From contig JBHGNT010000015.1 in assembly GCA_043228905.1 (NCBI GenBank), forward strand, positions 17,670,001 to 17,734,000: a DNA stretch of 64,000 bases, in the 5' to 3' direction. Positions 13,801 through 25,600 of this stretch are shown piece by piece; position 1 is the first letter of the stretch; every line of letters starts with the position of its first letter. The translations under genes were made by a program, and so were the position numbers. The DNA is from Azolla caroliniana (lineage: Eukaryota; Plantae; Polypodiophyta). The notes below the pieces were generated by a model, which made no database searches, was not told the DNA's origin, and was given only the letters and a program-made list of their open reading frames with translations.

Positions 13801-16081
13801 AATGGGAAGTTCTTGTTAGTCTTGACATATATCTTTATTTCTTTATTCATCGATAATAGCCAGAGAATCTCCTCTTGGATAGCTCTGGGAACTTGAAGAT
13901 CACTGACTTCGGGCTCAGTGCCCTTCCCCAACAGTTAAGGGTAGGCATCTTTCTATCATTTTAATCTTTTAACTATACAGTATCACATTGCTGCAAAAAC
14001 CATATTCAAATCTCAAACATCTACTTATGGTCACAAGCTATGAATAACATCTTACAGGAAGATGGTCTTCTTCATACAACTTGTGGCACGCCAAACTATG
14101 TTGCGCCAGAGGTATGCAAGGCTTATCAGTAAAGAGCGTGTGCAAATCATTTGCGCTTCCTTTTTTATCATGCGTGTGTGTTAAATGTAGTTTCTCTTTT
14201 CGTAGGTGATTATGCATAAAGGATACAACGGTGCACAAGCAGACCTCTGGTCATGTGGAGTTATATTGTTTGTTCTGTTGTCTGGATTTTTGCCATTTGA
14301 TGATTCCAACGTTATAGCTTTGTACAGAAAAGTGAGTACAGTAGTAGCCACCAAATATTTGTACAATTATTTTTCCAAAAATACTTTGATAACCATATTA
14401 AGTAATTTAAACCCATCTACTCACCAGAAATTCTCTTTATATATTTGAGAGACAGATTCAGAGAGCAGAATTCAAATTTCCTCCACTTTTCCCTCATGGA
14501 CCACAGAAACTGATAACAAAGTTATTAAATCCTATCCCTAACCTTGTAAGTAGTTATCCCCTACAGAACTCTGAATTTGATATCATTTGAAAAAAGTGGA
14601 ATTTGCAAATGATATTTGATTATTATTAAGATGATCTTGAGATTGTTAAAAATATGTTAAAATATGTCTTTTATAAATACAGAGAATCACAATTCTTGAA
14701 GTTCTGGAAAATTCTTGGTTTAAAAAGAATTACATTGCACCCAAACTTACCGACCATGATGATATCACAAGTTTAGAAGATGTCGTCACAGTCTTTGATG
14801 AGTCAAAGGTAATATTACTTCCAACTAATCACTGGTAGTGCAAAATTAAAATTTAGTCATCTTTATCTTCAAAATCTCTTATAATAGTGGGTATAACCAT
14901 GTTTTTGCCATTTTAGGAAGCTCTAATGAAGGAACAAGTCGTAAAGCCTGCTTCTTGCAATGCATTTGAGCTAATTTCATTGCTGAAGGGCCTCGACTTC
15001 TCTGGATTTTTTGAGAATCAGCAGGTATATGTAATGATTGATTATTTTTGCGAGATTTTTTCTGGTTTTCTTGATTCTGGTAATTACTGAAACTGAAGTT
15101 TGAAATGTTTGTCAACCTATATGGCTATGTATATATGCTAAAAAAGCATTGATGTGTTTTTAGAATTAGCTTTATAACTTAGTTGAATTGGTTTGGGAAG
15201 TGATCCTTGATCATCATCTAAAGTCGAGTTTTGTTTTGTGGTCTCCCAGAATATGGAATATGAGTTACATTTCACATCAAAACATCCAGCTCTCGAAATC
15301 ATCTCCAAAATAGAAGAGACTGCAAAAAATCTTGGTTTCACTGTAAAGAGACAAAACTTCAAGGTACTTGTTTTGTTATTTTGGAAAGAAATATTCTATG
15401 AAGACCACTTGTGACATTTATAGTTTATTTTAGAATGAAAATAGCTCTGTTTTTCTAATTTTTCACGTTAAAGATAATTCATTTTATTGATATTTTGATA
15501 TGGATATGATGGACATTAGATGAGGCTACATGGTGTATTGGGAGGACACCTTTGTGTAGCTACTGAGGTTGGTTTTAACTTATTATGTTGACAATCTACT
15601 CTGCAAAAGTAATTTTCATATCTTATGTGCTGATTTTACATCTCTGATGCAATTTATCAGATTTTTGAAGTTGCACCATCCTTGTTTGTTGTAGAAGTAA
15701 GAACATCGGGTGGGGATGCATTGGAATCTCACAATGTAAAAGATCCTAAACTCTTCTGATAGATATGTTAAAACCTCGCATATTCATCTATGTCTTCTTT
15801 ATATATGTGTGTGTGTGTGTGTGTATATATATGCACACATTAGAGCAGCATATTTATCTGTATCTTTCTTTTACATATTGTTCTAGATTTGTGCGTTATG
15901 GTATTGCAGTGTTATTATTATTACATGTGAGGATTTGAATGGCAAAAAAACATTTTTTTTCTTTCCTCTTCGAGCTTGAAATATTCCTGCTGAATACATT
16001 GCTTATATTTTTTATCATGTCTTTCTGCAGTTCTTCAATAACTTCTCAAAGGCCATCAAGGATATAATAATGGAAGGATGA
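10290..16081 (+). CDS. CIPK: CBL-interacting serine/threonine protein kinase (intron-rich CIPK), ~432 aa. Exons 10290-10472, 12353-12415, 12496-12567, 12656-12763, 13860-13940, 14058-14111, 14206-14331, 14456-14545, 14683-14808, 14917-15024, 15250-15363, 15520-15567, 15661-15735, 16031-16081
   Basis: Motifs [42 protein letters not shown] and the NAF motif CNAFELIS. All 13 introns are GT-AG and phase 0, as in the intron-rich CIPK clade. Confidence 0.95.
11405..11535 (+). mobile_element. Possible non-LTR (LINE) reverse transcriptase remnant in CIPK intron 1
   Basis: Translation [33 protein letters not shown] resembles the YLG/thumb region of LINE RTs. Short and degenerate. Confidence 0.35.
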
Positions 16082-17116
16082 AGTGCATAAGGATGAAGCC
16101 TAAGAAATATTGAACAGATATACATATATAGGACAACTATAAATTCGAGCTATCAGAGAATTGGAGTGCCATCAAGAATTACATATGAAAATGGTTGAAT
16201 CCTACACTTCTTCCAAACAAGATCCACAAATGTAGATTTCACAACAAATCTCCAACATAATGAAGGTTATTTCAATCTAGTTCATAATGTTGGAAATAGA
16301 TTTTTTTTTCCTTAGTTCTCATTATTGTTACAAGTCTGTAAAGGCTGTTAGTGTAATACTATTCTTTTGTATATTAATTAAAAAGAACTCATCATATTCT
16401 TTTTGTCCTTAGAAACATTATTCTTTGGAATCTTGTTAACATTTTTTTGACCTTAACAAAGATGGCCAATGATTTGTTGGTTCAGAGATGAGATAAACTA
16501 CAAACTTCTTTATATTGTATTATGATGTTCCTATGCAATTCTCCATTGTCCACATTTATATTTATACATACTCATATAAGACAATCTCTACATGTGTGCT
16601 ATGTTTTAGATATATTCTAGAACACAACTACATATTCTGTTTTTACAAACCTTAGAAAAAACCCTCTCCTCTTCACACTATCATCTCCCCCCCCCCCCCC
16701 CCCCCTCAAAGTTAAGTTCCCAATTGAAAGGCGCATTTTAAGTGTTGGTGTTTCATTTTACATCAAAACATTATAGTTGTCCAAGCTGTGTTATGTTTCT
16801 TGAGATAGTAACTACTCTTCACCATTCGATTGAGAAACAATGCTTATAAGATGTGTGGATGCCCTACATTGATGGAAAAAGGTGTTCGTCATTTGATTGA
16901 GTAGAGATTCTTTTTTCAATCAAATGTTGAAACGCCTCGAAGAACTTTTGCTAGGAGATCCATACATCATATGTTGATTCTCAAGGAATTATAGCCATTG
17001 AAAGTACCTTATCTTCTTTGTAAGACTTTAATTTTTGTCCAATCTTTACGTCAATAGAAAATGCAAAATTATTGGCCAATATGTATGAAAAACACATTGC
17101 GCGATAGCTTTATGAG

Positions 17117-17273
17117 GCCCTCTTACTAGCTCTTCATTCTCACACTTTATCAGCCATGGCATCCATATAAAATGAGCTATCACGACAAAACAAAAGCCCT
17201 CTTCCTAGCTCTTCATTCTCACACTTTATCAGCCATGGCATCCATATATAAAATGAGCTATCACGACAAAACA
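17117..17273. repeat. Near-perfect tandem duplication of ~78 bp
   Basis: GCCCTCTT(A/C)CTAGCTCTTCATTCTCACACTTTATCAGCCATGGCATCCATATA...TCACGACAAAACA occurs twice in tandem. Confidence 0.9.
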
Positions 17274-18113
17274 TGGTTAGTACTTAATTGAGGTGGTATG
17301 AGTGGGATTATAATTCAGTCAGATGGTGTACCACGACCAACGCATTCATTTGAAATATTCCATTGTTAAATCTTGCATATGTCGTGCATATTATACTCTC
17401 GATAAAGAAAACAAAATAGAGTAGCAATGGTAAATCAAGCAATTTGCTTTGCTTTTTACTTGCTATAATCTCTATTTTATGAAATTTTAATTCGAATATG
17501 TTGGATCTTTTCTTTATCCTTATATTTGGCATCTATCTTTATTGAATTGTGCATTCATTTCGAGGAACACCTTTGCCTCAGAACCAAGCAGATGAATAAA
17601 AAGTTGGGAAGGTGATATGATAGACATTGCTCACATTATTTGCTCCTTTTCATTGAACACTTTGTGCAAGATTCACAAAGCAAGTAGCTATATCTTTTAT
17701 TGTCATTTTGTGAAACAACTCTAAAGCTCGTATGGCTTAACTAAGGGAGTCAATGAGGCTAACATGGAGGAAAATGTCTTATGAATGTCTCCAAGTTTTT
17801 TTTTGCAAGTTAGAAATGCCCTAATCAAGGCAAATTCTAGTTGGAGGTGTTCATCTTGACTATTCAAATAAGACAATGAGAGATTAAGGAAATAAGGTTA
17901 AGTGAGATACAATTGCTAGAAATATGTGATTTGAATCAATCAAAACATTTAACATGTTTATATAGATTCCTAATGAAGGGATAGGGTTTGGGGCATTGAA
18001 TTGTCAAATACAAGTGGTAAAAGAGACAATCTATGCCTCCAAGGTTATAAAGCTAGTGTAGAAGAGAATGCTCAAAGCTTTCACATCAATTTGTAGTTTA
18101 AACATTTTCCATG

Positions 18114-18318
18114 AATTATTCTCTTTGTACATGTATAAGGTATGATAGTGCCACACTACTCGGGCAAGTGTTAGGGAAAGCACTGAAGACTTGCCTCGTA
18201 AGAAATATGTTGTGTGGTTGAAATGTGGTTGTTACGTAGATGAGTTTGACTTCAACATTGACCGTGTCACAAGAAGTGTCGATGAAAGATTGGAACCTTT
18301 GAACCTTCATTACATCGA
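18114..18318 (+). pseudogene. Degenerate duplicate of the GalDH intron-1 3' end plus most of exon 2
   Basis: Collinear with 21151-21363 (AATTATTCTCTTTGTACATGTATAAGGTAT...GACCGTGTCACAAGAAGTGTCGATGAAAG...TACATCGA), with substitutions and a small deletion. Confidence 0.9.
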
Positions 18319-18841
18319 TGTTGACTTTAGGCAAAGGTGAACATGTCCCATATCCATTTGCATGGTGCATCGAGGGCTTCAATTGTGTTTCGTGAGAATC
18401 AAGAAGATATTTGCCATTCTTGTGACTCGATAAAAACAAATATGCATCTAACTAATCTTCCTAACTTCGAGTTCGATTTTCAACATCCCAATGTTTGTTT
18501 TGAGTTTTCAATTGCTGGCACTACACGATTGAGATTAGATTAATTTGATATGGTTAGGGTTTAGAGACAGTAGTTGCAAGTTCAAATTGGGCCAACTACC
18601 CTTGAGTTTTGGTTCCATACGGACTTGAATACCATGTGACTGGGTTAGAGGTACATAGTACTATACCACAGGTAACCCAAAAGACATTACATGTAATAGC
18701 TCAACAATGCATTGTGGGCAAAGTAATCTAGTGGTGGGATTTTACTGTGGACAACCGAAATCTCATTGGGATGCATGAGGAGGAGGATGCTATTAAACGA
18801 CATTATTAAACACCGATATTCGTTTAGATTTGGAGGACCAA

Positions 18842-18988
18842 TGTTACGGGCATGACCATATAATATCCCGTGGTGAGAATTTACCGTAGTATTCTATACA
18901 CTCTCATTTAACCCTCACACTTATCCATGTGTAAAGAATACTACGGTAAATTCTCACCACGGGATATTATATGGTCATGCCCGTAACA
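18842..18988. mobile_element. 147-bp palindromic (fold-back) LTR-end-derived mini-element with 5-bp TSD ACCAA
   Basis: 60-bp inverted arms (59/60 match) around a 27-nt loop, TG...CA ends, ACCAA at 18837-18841 and 18989-18993. The right ~95 bp match the U3 end of the gypsy LTR (59283-59374). Confidence 0.9.
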
Positions 18989-19214
18989 ACCAACCTGCGT
19001 ATGATATATATACCCTAAACGAGGAAAACACGAGGAAAGACATTTGGGGAGATCAGACCAGATGGTCGGCCGGACAAACGAGGAGACGAAGCCAGAGTGT
19101 GTGTGTGGGTGGGTGTGCTTTTTTGTTCTTGTCCTGGGCCATGGGTGAAGAATCACTTTCCACTCTATATATAATTCTGTCTCTATCTCTGAATATCTCT
19201 TTTTCTATACATAC

Positions 19215-19247
<33 letters not shown>

Positions 19248-19334
19248 TGTATGTATGTGTGCATGTGTGTATATGTGTGTGTGAGTATATATATATATAT
19301 ATGCACACTCACAGATTGAGAGATTGAGGGCACC

Positions 19335-22300
19335 ATGGCAAGCTTAGGCTACACAGAGCTTGGTGGCACTGGGCTCATTGTCAGCCGACTCGGGTTCGGA
19401 GCTTCTCCGCTCGGAAATGTCTTCGGGAACATCAGGGAGGAGGATGCGATCGAATCGGTTCACGAAGCTGCCCGTCTCGGCATCAATTTCTTCGACACTT
19501 CTCCGTAAGTTCAAGACCTCTATCCTGATCTTGCTTTAACACATCTAGATCTGTAATCTGTTTGCAATAAGAAGTTTCAATTGAACATGGTACTCTAATC
19601 TGCTTTCAATGAGAAGTTTTATTGAGCATGATACTGTAATCTGCTTTAAATAAGAAGTTTCAATTGAACATGATATGCATGTGCATATCCCCCAGTTTCC
19701 TTCTTTTCCCCAATGCCCTTGGCTAATGCCTGGTCTTGATTGTGGTCAACCCCAACCCCATCTGGAACAATCATATCTGCTACTTGAGCAATTTTATGGT
19801 CGACGCATCCCTTGTTTTGTAATCCAAGGGAAGGGGATGCAATTGTCATATGCGCAACTCTTAAGTTTTCGCTATGGTCAACTCCAAATTATAAGTTTCC
19901 CCGAGATTCCCCTAAGTTTTATTCATTGACCCATGTGGCCTGGGCCCGATCCTTTGCTTATTTCCGAAAATCCCTAATTTTCCATTATTTTTCCAACTGC
20001 CATTAGTCAACCACATCCGGATCCCCTTTTTTTCTTTCTGAAGTTGACAAAAGTGTTTTGGGGAATAATGTTGGGTAATTACGGGGAAAAATAGGGAGGT
20101 ATTTGGAAGTAGATTTTATGTGTAAATTTTTTGATACTAAGAATGTTGTGTTATATATACATATCTATCAAAGCTTCACAATCAGAGGGGATGAATATTT
20201 CAGCAGTTTTTCTTCCTTCACTTTCTAGTTTGAATTGACTGAACTTTTAAACTGATATTGGCTTTGGATTTGCAATGAGATATTTATTTTGTTTCATTTA
20301 TAAACGTTGATCGAAATATACATTCGCGGGTATTCAATATAGTGTAAAAGTCAAAACGTAAAGAGGAACATTTTGTGCTCGTTTGCATCACATTTGCTCA
20401 AACTTTGTTATTAAAGTGGATTTTTTCCAAGACTAAACCAAAGTTGTGAGAATCACAAGCAAGTTTAAGCACAATATTGCTCCATTCCCTCAGCATTAGG
20501 TGCATACCATGTACAACTATGATAGAAGTTATAGGAATCAAGTGAACAAAGAGCCCAAAGCACACTTTCTCTACAGGAAATGCCCATTTCAAGGATTATG
20601 GAATTTCGGTTATATTTATGACATTTTTTTTTGAAAATTTGACCCAATTTTATGAAGTGAAATGACATTGAAGTTTTGCCAAAAGAAGCCAAAACTTGAA
20701 TGTGGAAATTTGTCACTTCCCTTTGGGAAGGTAAACAATGTGATGATCTCTTAGACATGAAATCTCCTACATTCCAGTTTGAAATGACAAATTGCCAACA
20801 TATCTACCTTGCAATCACTTCATCTCAGAACTCGAGAATCAATGCAACATTTCTTTTCTGGCTATGTAATGAGTATAAAAGAACATTGCATTACATGTCA
20901 GTCTTTGTAAAGGTAGGAGATAACTAGAGCATGGACTCTTTCGGTCAAAGAGATGCAATGTGCTCCAGTTATCTCTTACTTCACAAACAGTGACATATAA
21001 ATTTGATGAATTTGAAAACTGTGATAATGACTTTCTTTTCCTATTTTGGTCCTTTTTCTCTTTAGCTTTTGTGATGTATGTTGTTTCATGTATATTTTAT
21101 CTAGACAAATAGATTACACTAGTGTATTGTGGTACGCAGGATTTTGCATAAATTATTCTCTTTGTACATGTATAAGGTATTATGGTGCAACATTATCTGA
21201 GCAAGTGTTAGGGAAAGCACTGAAAACAATCCCTTTGCCACGTGAGAAATATGTTGTGTCGACGAAATGTGGTCGTTATGTAGATGGGTTTGACTTCAGT
21301 GCTGACCGTGTCACAAGAAGTGTCGATGAAAGCTTGAAACGTTTGAACCTTGATTACATCGACATCTTGCAGTGCCATGACATTGAATTTGGATCACTTG
21401 ATCAGGTATCAGCCTATTTTAACTTCCTTCTAAAAACGTAATTACCCCTAAACCCTTATCCTAACCCTAAACCTCCCTAACCCCTAAGCCCTGAACCCAT
21501 AGCATTTTCAAATTTCCTAAATTATGCTCCTTGTTTTCAAGATATTCCTAAAATACCATGTGTGCTCTCTTTAATCTCTCTCTTTCTCTCTCTCTCAGCA
21601 GAATTGAGAAACTAAATTGCCGAGATAAAATTATTTGTAAAAATTATTATTCTTGTGAGGTTTAAAAACACTGTATTTTGGTCAATTGTCCACAATGTAA
21701 GTATATATAAATGTGCATATGTGTGTATGCATAGTTCTCTAGCCTCATATAATCATTTTTATGTTTAACAGGTGATATCTGAAACAATCCCAGCCCTTAT
21801 AAAGCTCAAAGAGAGTGGAAAGATACGTTTTATTGGCATCACCGGATTGCCTTTGAAGGTGTTTGAATATGTGTTGGATAGAGTACCTGTGGGGACTGTT
21901 GATGTTGTGCTTTCCTATTGTCATTATAGTCTTAATGACACGTCATTAGAAACCTTACTGCCTTTCTTAAAAAGCAAAGGAGTGGGAATCATAAGTGCAT
22001 CTCCATTGTCTATGGGTCTCCTCACTGAAAGTGGACCACCTTCATGGCATCCAGCTTCGGCGGAATTGCAAGTATGTGCTTGTTTGTTTCTCTCTAATGT
22101 ATTTTTGACAAGATTTTTATCTAACTCTGTTCCTGTAATCTAATTGGTTGCTAATGTTTTTTTCAATTAAGGCTGCTTGTGCTTCAGCAGCTGCACACTG
22201 CAAGAAGAAAGTGAAGAATATATCGAAACTAGCATTGCAATATGCTTTGAAAAATCGAGATATTGCAACGACTCTTGTGGGAATGAACTCCGTGGAACAA

Positions 22301-22759
22301 GTAATAATATAATGATGGTGGAGCATATGCATAGGATTTGAAAGATAATCCAGAACTTATTTTATTTTCGGAGCCCAATAGTTAGGTGATATTGGTGTCA
22401 CGTTTTTAGCATTTTTCAGAGCCCAATTTGAATGTTCTTGTAAGCATCCAAAAAGATTAGGGGTATTTTGGTATTTTTCCCTTCATAGTATATTGTCAAT
22501 GCATGTTGGTTAATGGAGGCCGAAGGTGCAATCCTATAAGGCTTTTTCTTCCTCTGATTTCTAGCATCTTACCTCTTGCTTTTTTTCTGATAGATTAAAA
22601 TTCTTTTTTTACATTTGATAGGTTCGAGAGAATGTACGAGCCGCCATTGAAGTTGAGCAAAGCGAAGGTCCAGACCTCCAATTACTTGATGAGGTCAATG
22701 CTATTCTTGCACCAGTTAAAAATATCTCTTGGCAGAGTGGCAAAGAAGAAAACAACTAA
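19335..22759 (+). CDS. GalDH: L-galactose dehydrogenase (aldo-keto reductase family, ascorbate pathway), ~321 aa. Exons 19335-19504, 21177-21405, 21772-22071, 22172-22300, 22622-22759
   Basis: Translation LGFGASPLGNVFG...GINFFDTSPYYGATLSE...STKCGRY.DGFDFSA.RV...LQCHDIEFGSLDQ...GITGLPL...SYCHYSLND...SASPLSMGLLTESGPPSWHPA is characteristic of plant GalDH. GT-AG introns with consistent phases. Confidence 0.93.
19555..19675. repeat. Three-copy ~42-bp tandem repeat in GalDH intron 1
   Basis: AATCTG(T/C)TT..AAT(A/G)AGAAGTTT.A.TTGA.CATG.TACT.T repeated three times. Confidence 0.75.
21445..21500. repeat. Degenerate telomere-like CCCTAA(A) cluster in GalDH intron 2
   Basis: CCCCTAAACCCTTATCCTAACCCTAAACCTCCCTAACCCCTAAGCCCTGAACCC. 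Confidence 0.55.
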
Positions 22760-23979
22760 TATGTGATAGTCTGATCAGATTGTTGGAATCCGAACCAGAC
22801 ATTTTTTGTATTTTGATGTGATTTAATCTTTTTATGCTAAAGAGCTGCACTGCATGTTCCGTAATGATGCAATGTAATGTTGGATCAATAATGTGGCGTG
22901 TAGAAAACAAATAAGATTATACCAATTGTCAAGTTTTTTGGACGCTTGCACAAAAGCTCTCCCAATGTCTCAGAAATTACTATGCCACATTCTTTTTCTT
23001 AAACATACATGTACTCAATGCAACCAATTACTATCGTCTGGTTTCATTTGAGTGTATCAGAATCTTGAATAATGACCTGAAGATCCCCATGAGTTCACCA
23101 TGAGTTCATAGAGCTAGCTCCATTATGGTTTTATTGATTTCTGTATTAATTTACCATCATATTAATCTCTTTGCATTCCAACTTATGATCTGATTGACTA
23201 ATATGATGGGTATTGACCTAGCTATCTCATGGTTTCAGCATATTAACTCCCACATAGCAACTCTATACGTTCATCACATTCACAACACTGTTGTAAATAT
23301 TATCTATTTTGTTCCAGCTTCTGCACACGTCTATAATAATTAGGATCACGGAGATTGTTATCTTGAAGTGCTGGTAAAGATGCAGAAGAAATTAATATCA
23401 ATTACAAACTCATCGGAGATGGAGTTTTCATTAACGTCAAGTGTATATCTGGCTGCATTTACTTGATTTTTAATCATAAAAGTTACATGGCATCTACATA
23501 CTACATCAATTCAAAAAATTCGAAGGTCTAGTTGAGATTAAACAGGTGGTGTCAATGCATGTATATTGACATGCTCAATAGTTGATTGCCCACAATACGT
23601 CACTTAAATTTCTTATGTGAATTTGAAGACAAATGTCCAAATGTTGTGGGAATCAGCAAACTTATATATCATTCTCTTTGCTCAGACAAAATTATTTGTT
23701 GCTTCATAAACCTTGGGAGCATTAAACATCCTCTACATATATAGACAACAATACATCATAAATTACAGGATGGGGATTGGAATGAGTTTGCTGAGTGCTT
23801 CAGACCCTTGCTTGGTAAGCCATTGGAGGTCTACTGAGAGTTTAATTTCTGCATTTAGTTGCCAAAGTGGCACATTATGATGATGATGGTTTCTGATGTG
23901 ACTCTTCATGCAGGGTTCAAGTGTATTAGAGTGTCCCTTGAATTCTTGATGTTTAAACCCAACGTAATACAAACTCGAT

Positions 23980-25026
23980 TTATGCAATATGCCGGAAGCT
24001 ACAAAAGTCACCATTTCGGCACGACTTATGCCTCTTAAAGTAGTAGCATAACTTCTGCTTCTTGGGGCGAGTTATAGCAATTTCTTGCATCCTATTCCAT
24101 TTCTCTTTCCTTTCATTGCTCCACATTAATCGACCTTGTTCATGAAAAGGATTTTCGATCCACACCTTCAGTTGAAGATGCTGGAGTGAGGATCGGTACG
24201 AGCCATGGTTCAAGATCAAGCTAATAAAAGGAGCCTCAAAATGTCCAAGAACTTTCACAGCCGAATTCCACAAAGAAAACAATTCCTCATCGTTTAACGC
24301 GGACATTGTCTCGACATGTCGTATTGGAACAATACGAAACCCTGACCTCCCCTTGTGATCCCATCGGCATGCAACTCGTGGTGGGTCAGAGAATTCCTCC
24401 ATTTCACACTCGGCCGTTCGAACACACGTAGGGGGATCAACTGACATGCCAGCAAAGAGGTTGGCTTCGGGGTAGCAAACCATACAAAGGTGGAGCTCAT
24501 CAGGGAGGGGGAAATGTTGGCCATCCATGTCATGGTGATCACCAAAACGTGCCTCAATTCGGAATGAGTGCCGTGTGTGGCCAGCTTCCGGTAATAGTTC
24601 AGGCCGTACCTTAAAATGGTAATCTCGGAGGCCTCTGTGCACTTCTAGCTCCCTTACAATGTCTCGGAAGAACCCGATTACTTCGTCTTTAGGGGTAGTT
24701 CCAATGAAATCAGGGAAATCTTTGGGGTGTGTGGCATCCTTGGCATATCGGAATTCTAGCTTGTGCCCGGCCACCGTGTCAGTGCACCTCACCCTCTCGC
24801 TAATAAGGGTCGTGGGCTGCGAGAGGAAGCCAGGTTGGAGGAGGCAAGGCTTCCTAAGAGGGATAGGGAGCTTCGCCACCGCCCAAGTGGTTCTCAACAA
24901 GCAAGCCTGCAAGAGAAAAGGCTCAAATTATTTTCCAAAATCTCTCTTTTGTTTTTTTGTTTTTCTTTCTCATGCTCTCTGCTAAACCCTAAATCTCTTT
25001 TTTTCTTACTCATGCTCTCATGCTCT

Positions 25027-25075
<49 letters not shown>

Positions 25076-25198
25076 GCATGGGATTACCTTCATTGGGTTG
25101 CTGAGACAGGTGAGGCTTCTACAGAGACGATCCTCTGTTCTTGTCCACACGCCATGTCTATTACTGGTGCTGCTACAAATGCTCTGTTCCAGCAGCAT
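23980..25198 (-). CDS. HIT-like domain protein with C-terminal CCCH zinc finger. Exons 25198 (or 25093)-25088 and 24906-23980
   Basis: Open 308-codon exon preceded by acceptor CTTTTCTCTTGCAG, with an in-phase upstream donor AAG|GTAATC at 25088/25087. Motifs: CMVC, RIVPIRHVETMSALNDEEL, LNHGSYRSSLQHLQLK (HIT-fold-like) and CYYFKRHKSCRNGDFCSFRH (C-x8-C-x5-C-x3-H). Confidence 0.7.
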
Positions 25199-25394
25199 GG
25201 TGATATATGTATATGTATTATATATAACTTTGGAGTAGTGTTAGCTATCTATCTATCCCATAGTATGAACCATACGCACACATTCGCATTCGAGAATGTT
25301 TAAACCATTCGAGTATGGTAAACACCCTCGAAGTATGGTAAATACCAAAACTTTTTTGTATTCATTATTTATTATAAGGTTAAAATTTTTTTTA

Positions 25395-25600
25395 ACGTAA
25401 GAAAGTTAAGGTAAAAAGTGTTAAAAGAAAACATAAGAATGTTTTGATATCATACGCATTCGTTTTCATTCGTATGAAAAAGAATATTTGCCAATGCATT
25501 CCGGTTAAATTTCTTGTAAGGTAAAAAGTGTAAAAAATAGATAAGAATGTTTTGATAACATACGCATTCGTATGAAAAATGTTTGCCAATGCATTCGAGT
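25395..25600. repeat. AT-rich imperfect tandem repeat (~100-110 bp unit)
   Basis: TAAGGTAAAAAGTGT...TAAGAATGTTTTGATA.CATACGCATTCG...TTTGCCAATGCATT occurs twice. Confidence 0.7.

Noticed and set aside
16700-18100. Possible LINE remnants (also ~13050-13550 and ~26280-26800)
   Set aside because: Only faint RT-like peptide traces, with boundaries that cannot be supported.
19335-25198. Ascorbate gene cluster (GalDH next to a HIT-family gene, as VTC2 is HIT-related)
   Set aside because: The protein shows no visible VTC2 similarity and lacks the catalytic HLHFQ motif (it has HLQLK). Adjacency alone is not evidence.
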